Origin: Actinomycetota bacterium
GTDB lineage: Bacteria > Actinomycetota > Actinomycetes > S36-B12 > UBA5976
Reading direction: 5' to 3'
NCBI GenBank assembly: GCA_041192345.1
Contig: JBEEND010000005.1
Location: 1-58,554, forward strand
DNA length: 58,554 nt
The notes below the pieces were generated by a model. That model saw only the letters and a list, made by a program, of their open reading frames with translations, was not told the DNA's origin and did not search any database. Position numbers and translations under genes: made by a program. Positions 53,710 to 58,554 of the stretch are shown here, piece by piece (within the stretch, counting starts at the first letter, position 1; each line of letters begins with the position of its first letter).

Positions 53710-54906
53710 CTAAGGCAGATTGAGCCATGGCAGAATTTGCCCAGATACTGCGCCACCCGCAGGTAATACGGCGTATCCGTGAGCATCGACAAAACCACGA
53801 AGCATTGATGAATCCAGATGCTCTAGCGGGGTAACCACACCATCAGCTTCAGTGCATAAAACCAATCGAACTTCGCGCGCTGGTCCCTTAAGGTCTGCAT
53901 TAAAAGTTCGACTTTCCAGCGTCGGCATAATTTGGCCGTAAGAGCCAGCAATAAATGGCGCAACTAAACTCAGCAACCCGATTACAGCCGATTGCGGGTT
54001 TCCTGGAAGTCCGATCAAAAATTGGTCATTGATTCGAGCCATCAAGCTGTGGTAACCAGGTCTGACTAATACTGCGTCAATTATAAATTCGCCATTTACA
54101 TCTCGGATCGCATCGTGCAGGTGATCAACTGGGCCAGCAGCAGTTCCTCCAGTTGTGATGATTAAGTCAGACTTGGAATTAGTTATGGCGACAACGTGAT
54201 CATGCAAAGTATCTGCAACATGAATAATGTTGGTTAATGTTGCTCCCAAATGATCAATCCAAAATGGTAATTGCGGCCCAAGTGAATCTCGAACCTTTCC
54301 GTCACGTGATGGACCATCAAGTAATAATTCGTCACCAAAAATTAAAACGTCAACACTAATTTTCTTGTATGCCAAGACTTCGTTGCGGCCAGCAGCAGCA
54401 ACAACACCAATGATTGCTGGTGTTAATTTTGTTCCAGCACTTATTAATTTTTCACCAGCCCTAGCTTCATAACCGCTCGGGCGAACATCATGAAATAGTG
54501 GCAACTCATGTTTTTCGTTTAATAATTCTGCAGCACCATTTATCGCATGCACTTTGGAATCAATTAATGCACTCTCTTCGTCTTTGAGCGCAGCCGTTGC
54601 TCCCTGTGGCATGACAGCGCCAGTAGCAGTATGTACACAGTCACCAGATTTAAGTTCTTTTACGAATTCATGTCCAGCAAGTGCTTCTCCAACATGCCGC
54701 CATGGACCAGGACCACTAACTGCCCAGCCATCAACTCGAGATGCGGCAAATGGTGGCATGTCGCCGAGCGCGACAACGTCACTTGCAACAACCATGCCCC
54801 CAGCCTCGGAGAGCGCTAATAATTGACTTGGCGCTAATTTGGCTGCGCGATGAGCTAGCTTGCGAGCTTGCTGCCAAGTGACTTCAAACGCAGGGTTACT
54901 TTCCAT
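53710..54906 (-). CDS. moeA: Molybdopterin molybdotransferase
   Basis: PPFAASRVDGWA, TGAVMP, GDEL, TTGG, RPG, GLPGNP. Confidence 0.92.
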   Translation of the reverse strand: MESNPAFEVTWQQARKLAHRAAKLAPSQLLALSEAGGMVVASDVVALGDMPPFAASRVDGWAVSGPGPWRHVGEALAGHEFVKELKSGDCVHTATGAVMPQGATAALKDEESALIDSKVHAINGAAELLNEKHELPLFHDVRPSGYEARAGEKLISAGTKLTPAIIGVVAAAGRNEVLAYKKISVDVLIFGDELLLDGPSRDGKVRDSLGPQLPFWIDHLGATLTNIIHVADTLHDHVVAITNSKSDLIITTGGTAAGPVDHLHDAIRDVNGEFIIDAVLVRPGYHSLMARINDQFLIGLPGNPQSAVIGLLSLVAPFIAGSYGQIMPTLESRTFNADLKGPAREVRLVLCTEADGVVTPLEHLDSSMLRGFVDAHGYAVLPAGGAVSGQILPWLNLP

Positions 54907-55026
54907 TTACCTATTGTTCTAGATTTTCCAGCGAGATTCCCATAATGCGATACCTGGAATGGCGTAAAACCCACTAAATCTGAATCTACGGTGTCGCAAA
55001 TGGCAAAAGAGAACAATAATGAGTGC

Positions 55027-55449
55027 ATGACAAAGATTGCGAGCGCACTTGTGACGACAGACGTTATTTCAGTTGCTGATTTTGCAGCAGCAGTTCGGTC
55101 AAATGTTTCGGGCGCAGTAGTTACCTTTTCAGGGGATGTGCGAGATAACGATCACGGCCGAGCCGTAGCCTCTTTGGAATATGAGGCGCACCCAACGGCG
55201 CAAAGTCTGCTCGAAAAAGTCGCCCGCGAGGTGGCCGAACGTCACGAAGTTTTAAGTGTTTCAGTTGCCCATCGTCATGGACCAATACCCATCGGAGAAT
55301 CTGCGTTAGTTGCAGTGGTTTCAGCAAAACATCGTAAAGCTGCATTTTCTGCTTGTGCCGATTTAGTTGATGAAGTAAAGGCCCAAATTCCAATTTGGAA
55401 ACACCAAATTTTTTCCGATGGTACCGATGAATGGGTGAACTGCGCATGA
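55027..55449 (+). CDS. moaE: Molybdopterin synthase catalytic subunit
   Basis: GAVVTFSGDVR, LEYEAH, HR, PIWKHQ..DGTDEWV. Confidence 0.94.
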   Translation: MTKIASALVTTDVISVADFAAAVRSNVSGAVVTFSGDVRDNDHGRAVASLEYEAHPTAQSLLEKVAREVAERHEVLSVSVAHRHGPIPIGESALVAVVSAKHRKAAFSACADLVDEVKAQIPIWKHQIFSDGTDEWVNCA

Positions 55450-56447
55450 GTACATTAATCGATACTTTTGGGCGGGTGCATCGTGACATCCGCGTGTCCT
55501 TAACGGATCGCTGCAACCTTCGTTGCACTTATTGCATGCCGCACGATTTTGCAGCCTGGATGCCAACGGAAGACTTGCTCTCTACCGATGAATTAATGAC
55601 CATTCTTGAAGTTGGAATTGATGCAGGAATTGATGAAGTCCGATTAACAGGTGGCGAACCTCTTCTTCGCCCCGACATTGTAGACATTGTTGCCAGAATT
55701 AATGGATTGCCAAATCCTCCAAAACTTTCACTCACAACAAATGGCATTCGCCTGGCAGCACTTGCCCAACCACTTAAAGACGCCGGCTTGGAGCGCGTGA
55801 ATGTTTCATTAGACACTCTCAGCGCAGAGCGATTCAAGGCCATGACATTTCGAGATCGATTCGATGATGTGCTCAAGGGATTGCAAGCGGCCCGCGACGC
55901 GGACTTAACGCCAATTAAGATCAACACAGTATTGATGCCAGGTGTAAATGATGATGAAGCAGTAACGCTGCTAAAGTGGGCGTTAGACGAAGGATTCAAA
56001 TTAAGGTTTATTGAACAGATGCCTCTTGATGCAGGTGGCATTTGGGATCGTTCCACAATGGTCACTGCCGATGACGTATTTCATGCCTTGAATCCGGTGT
56101 ACTCATTAACTCCAGTTGAGGCCCGCGGTTCGGCGCCCGCTGAAGAATTCCTAGTCGATGGTGGACCAGAAACTGTTGGAATAATTGCAAGTGTTACCAG
56201 ACCATTTTGTGGTTCGTGCGATCGCTTGCGCTTAACATCTGATGGGCAATTACGTTCCTGCTTATTTGCAACTAAAGAAATGGATTTGCGTTCAGTACTC
56301 CGTGAATCCGATGACAGTGATGCTGCCAAGCGTGCTGAAATAGCGCTGCGCTTTGGTAAAACAGTGTTAAGCAAACTTCCAGGACATGGAATTAATGACC
56401 CAAGTTTTATTCAGCCAGCAAGGCCCATGTCAGCAATTGGCGGGTAG
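55446..56447 (+). CDS. moaA: GTP 3',8-cyclase (radical SAM)
   Basis: RVSLTDRCNLRCTYCMP, LTGGEP, FCGSCDRLRLTSDG..C, C-terminal IGG; ATGA overlap. Confidence 0.97.
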   Translation: MSTLIDTFGRVHRDIRVSLTDRCNLRCTYCMPHDFAAWMPTEDLLSTDELMTILEVGIDAGIDEVRLTGGEPLLRPDIVDIVARINGLPNPPKLSLTTNGIRLAALAQPLKDAGLERVNVSLDTLSAERFKAMTFRDRFDDVLKGLQAARDADLTPIKINTVLMPGVNDDEAVTLLKWALDEGFKLRFIEQMPLDAGGIWDRSTMVTADDVFHALNPVYSLTPVEARGSAPAEEFLVDGGPETVGIIASVTRPFCGSCDRLRLTSDGQLRSCLFATKEMDLRSVLRESDDSDAAKRAEIALRFGKTVLSKLPGHGINDPSFIQPARPMSAIGG

Positions 56448-56450
56448 CAA

Positions 56451-56690
56451 ATGGCCGTGACTTTGCGATTTTACGCAGCGGCTCGTAAGGCAACCGGAAC
56501 AAGTGAGATGACACTAGAGCCCTCAGTTGCGCTGCATCTGTTGGATCAAGCAGTAGCTGCTCATCCAAAATTGCTCGGCGTGCTCGGGCAGTGCAGTTTT
56601 TTATTGAATGAAGTAGCGCTACACGACTTTGATACTCAAGTGCCGGACGGCTCAACCTTAGATGTATTGCCGCCATTTGCTGGTGGCTAA
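56451..56690 (+). CDS. moaD: Molybdopterin synthase sulfur carrier
   Basis: FYAAARKATG, LDVLPPFAGG. Confidence 0.93.
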   Translation: MAVTLRFYAAARKATGTSEMTLEPSVALHLLDQAVAAHPKLLGVLGQCSFLLNEVALHDFDTQVPDGSTLDVLPPFAGG

Positions 56691-56814
56691 CTGCGTATCG
56701 CAATACGTTGCTGGAAACGTGAAGTAGCACACTGAGATTTTGAGTTTCTTCCCAATTTATGAGGGCAATTCGGTAAAGTTCTGCTATTCAGTATTTTAGG
56801 AAAGGGCGCCCCAT

Positions 56815-57438
56815 TTGGAACTCGAACACTCATTTACTGTTCCAGCAGACATTGATACTGCGTGGAACACTTTGCTCGATGTAGAGCGCATCGCGATGTG
56901 TATGCCTGGGGCAACTTTGTTGAATGTTGAAGGTGACACTTTTAACGGCCAAGTAAAAATTAAACTTGGCCCAATCACTATGGTTTTTGGTGGCGCCGCA
57001 TCTTTCGTGGAAAAAGACTTAGCAAATCACAGGTTAGTTATTAACGCGTCGGGAAGTGAAACCAAAGGGACTTCAACTGCGCAAGCAATAGTGACAACTC
57101 AACTCATAGCCGAGGGCCCTAATTTGACGCGAGTCGACGTGAATACCGATCTAGCAATTACGGGTAAGCCAGCTCAATTTGGACGAGGTGTTATGTCTGA
57201 TGTTGCGGGACGAATCATTGGACAGTTTGCTGGCAATCTCGAAGGCGTGATTGCGGCAGGCTCCGTGGACAATTCAAGTGGGCAAGATTCTGGCTCCCAA
57301 CCCCAAATAAGTACCCCAGCGCCGGTTGCCGATGCTATTGACATAATGCAAATGGGTGGCGGCGCGGTCGCCAAGAAATTGCTTCCCGTTGCCTTAGTAA
57401 TTCTGGTAATTGTTGCTGGCTGGCTCATACTGGGTTAA
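56815..57438 (+). CDS. coxG: CoxG (SRPBCC) protein with C-terminal membrane anchor
   Basis: HSFTVPA, CMPGA, IKLGP, GKPAQFGRG, C-terminal LLPVALVILVIVAGWLIL; TTG start after AGGAAAGG. Confidence 0.88.
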   Translation: MELEHSFTVPADIDTAWNTLLDVERIAMCMPGATLLNVEGDTFNGQVKIKLGPITMVFGGAASFVEKDLANHRLVINASGSETKGTSTAQAIVTTQLIAEGPNLTRVDVNTDLAITGKPAQFGRGVMSDVAGRIIGQFAGNLEGVIAAGSVDNSSGQDSGSQPQISTPAPVADAIDIMQMGGGAVAKKLLPVALVILVIVAGWLILG

Positions 57439-57538
57439 TTGCGCTAATTAAGGGCAACTCTAGAAGCAAGAATTTGGCCCATCTCGCATAACTGCTTAAA
57501 AAGAACGATAATTAAGAAACAGACTCGGGAGGTATCAG

Positions 57539-58426
57539 GTGCCAAAGATTCTCGCTTCGCGCGTTGCGGATCTTCAAAAATCCCGAACACCGTATGTGCA
57601 TGCCCGAGTCGTATTGGCGGAAAAGCCAACTTCGGCAAAGCCAGGGGATGAAGCCTTAATTTTTTCGGATGGAACTATTGAAGGTTTCGTGGGTGGCTCC
57701 TGTGCTGAGTCCACCGTTCGAACGCAAGGCATGTCGGTACTAGATGACGGCCATGCCTTACTATTGCGAATCGCGCCCATGCCGGAACCAGATACTCAAA
57801 TTGGAAAGCGCACAGTACACAACCCGTGTTTGTCCGGTGGGACACTTGAAATTTTCTTGGAGCCAGTTATGCCTGCACCATTAGTTGCTATTTTCGGAGA
57901 TAGTCCAATTTCAGAATCATTAATTAAGCAAGGACCCGGCGCTGGTTATGAAATGGTCGAATGGGATTCGAGTATTGATTTAGCAAAAACGTTTGCAATC
58001 ATCGTTGCAGCTCATGGTCGTGATGACGAAACAATGCTGCTCGAAGCTGCGGTAACTGCTGGCGTTCCATATGTTGGCTTAGTCGCAAGTCGTAAACGTG
58101 GCACCGCTGTCATTGAGATGTTGAGTTTGACTCCAGATGAAAAAGTTAAAATTCATTCCCCAGCTGGTTTAGATATTGGTGCACGCACACCGGATCACAT
58201 CGCACTTTCGATCTTGGCTCAAATGGTTCAAGAAATGGCAAACATTTCCGAACCGCGCAAGGCAGGACCAGTATGCGAAACTGCGATTGATCCAGTTTGC
58301 AACATGTCAGTACCAATGGTGAATGAATCGATCCATGCAGATTTTTCCGGAACGACAGTATGGTTTTGTGCTCCAGGATGCTTGAAGGCATACTCTGCAA
58401 ATCCTGAAGCATTTCAACTGGCTTAA
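57539..58426 (+). CDS. CoxF-like XdhC-family protein fused to a C-terminal YHS/TRASH domain
   Basis: PTSAKPGD, GFVGGSC, NPCLSGG, YVGLVAS, PAGLDIGARTP, then DPVCNM..WFCAPGC; SD GGAGG. Confidence 0.85.
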   Translation: MPKILASRVADLQKSRTPYVHARVVLAEKPTSAKPGDEALIFSDGTIEGFVGGSCAESTVRTQGMSVLDDGHALLLRIAPMPEPDTQIGKRTVHNPCLSGGTLEIFLEPVMPAPLVAIFGDSPISESLIKQGPGAGYEMVEWDSSIDLAKTFAIIVAAHGRDDETMLLEAAVTAGVPYVGLVASRKRGTAVIEMLSLTPDEKVKIHSPAGLDIGARTPDHIALSILAQMVQEMANISEPRKAGPVCETAIDPVCNMSVPMVNESIHADFSGTTVWFCAPGCLKAYSANPEAFQLA

Positions 58427-58429
58427 ATT

Positions 58430-58554
58430 ATGTCCGCGTCATTCGTATCCACGACTCAACTCCGTGATGCTCTTGCTGAAAATGGATATCTAACTGACGA
58501 TGGTTTGGCGACTGCACTTTTTGTCGCAATGTCCTTGCCACAACCACTCTTACT
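58430..58554 (+). CDS. coxD: CoxD-like MoxR AAA+ ATPase, N-terminal part (runs off window)
   Basis: Translated by hand: MSASFVSTTQLRDALAENGYLTDDGLATALFVAMSLPQPLL, the typical stretch preceding LEGEPGxGKT; 3 nt after the previous gene. Confidence 0.75.
   Translation, partial: MSASFVSTTQLRDALAENGYLTDDGLATALFVAMSLPQPLL

Overview
Gene-dense chromosomal segment of an actinobacterium. Gene order is Actinomycetia-like, but the DNA is only about half GC by eye, spacers are very short and many genes look leaderless, which suggests a streamlined lineage such as Ca. Nanopelagicales (inference). The backbone is the conserved ilvBNC-serA-leuB-ilvE-cimA-FAH-gltX-tRNA-iclR-leuCD-hup-plsC-gpsA-ddl-thiL-rpmB-DAK2-recG-rsmD-coaD-yceD-rpmF-rnc-mutM-smc-ftsY block, with tRNA-Gln(CTG) and tRNA-Glu(CTC). 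Small accessory cassettes are inserted into it: (i) qor, NadR-like, Ser/Thr proline-racemase-family dehydratase, P450, AlkA-like; (ii) class III aminotransferase, GNAT, and leuA with a Leu-rich leader peptide/LEU element plus a translationally coupled stand-alone NIL protein; (iii) lldD between the tRNAs; (iv) a GlnA3-like gamma-glutamyl-amine ligase divergent from a FluG-N-like amidohydrolase and a DUF3445 (haem N-demethylase alpha-like) gene; (v) an I78-like lipoprotein, amidase and ureohydrolase, then a molybdoenzyme cluster (form II coxSLM, mocA, xdhC, moeA, moaEAD, coxG, CoxF-like-YHS, partial coxD). I saw no CRISPR array, integrase, transposase or prophage. The best candidate for an undescribed system is the ligase/amidohydrolase/DUF3445 module, possibly part of a dispersed amine-catabolic route involving the form II Mo enzyme. 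All family calls are from motif recognition; no database searches were run.
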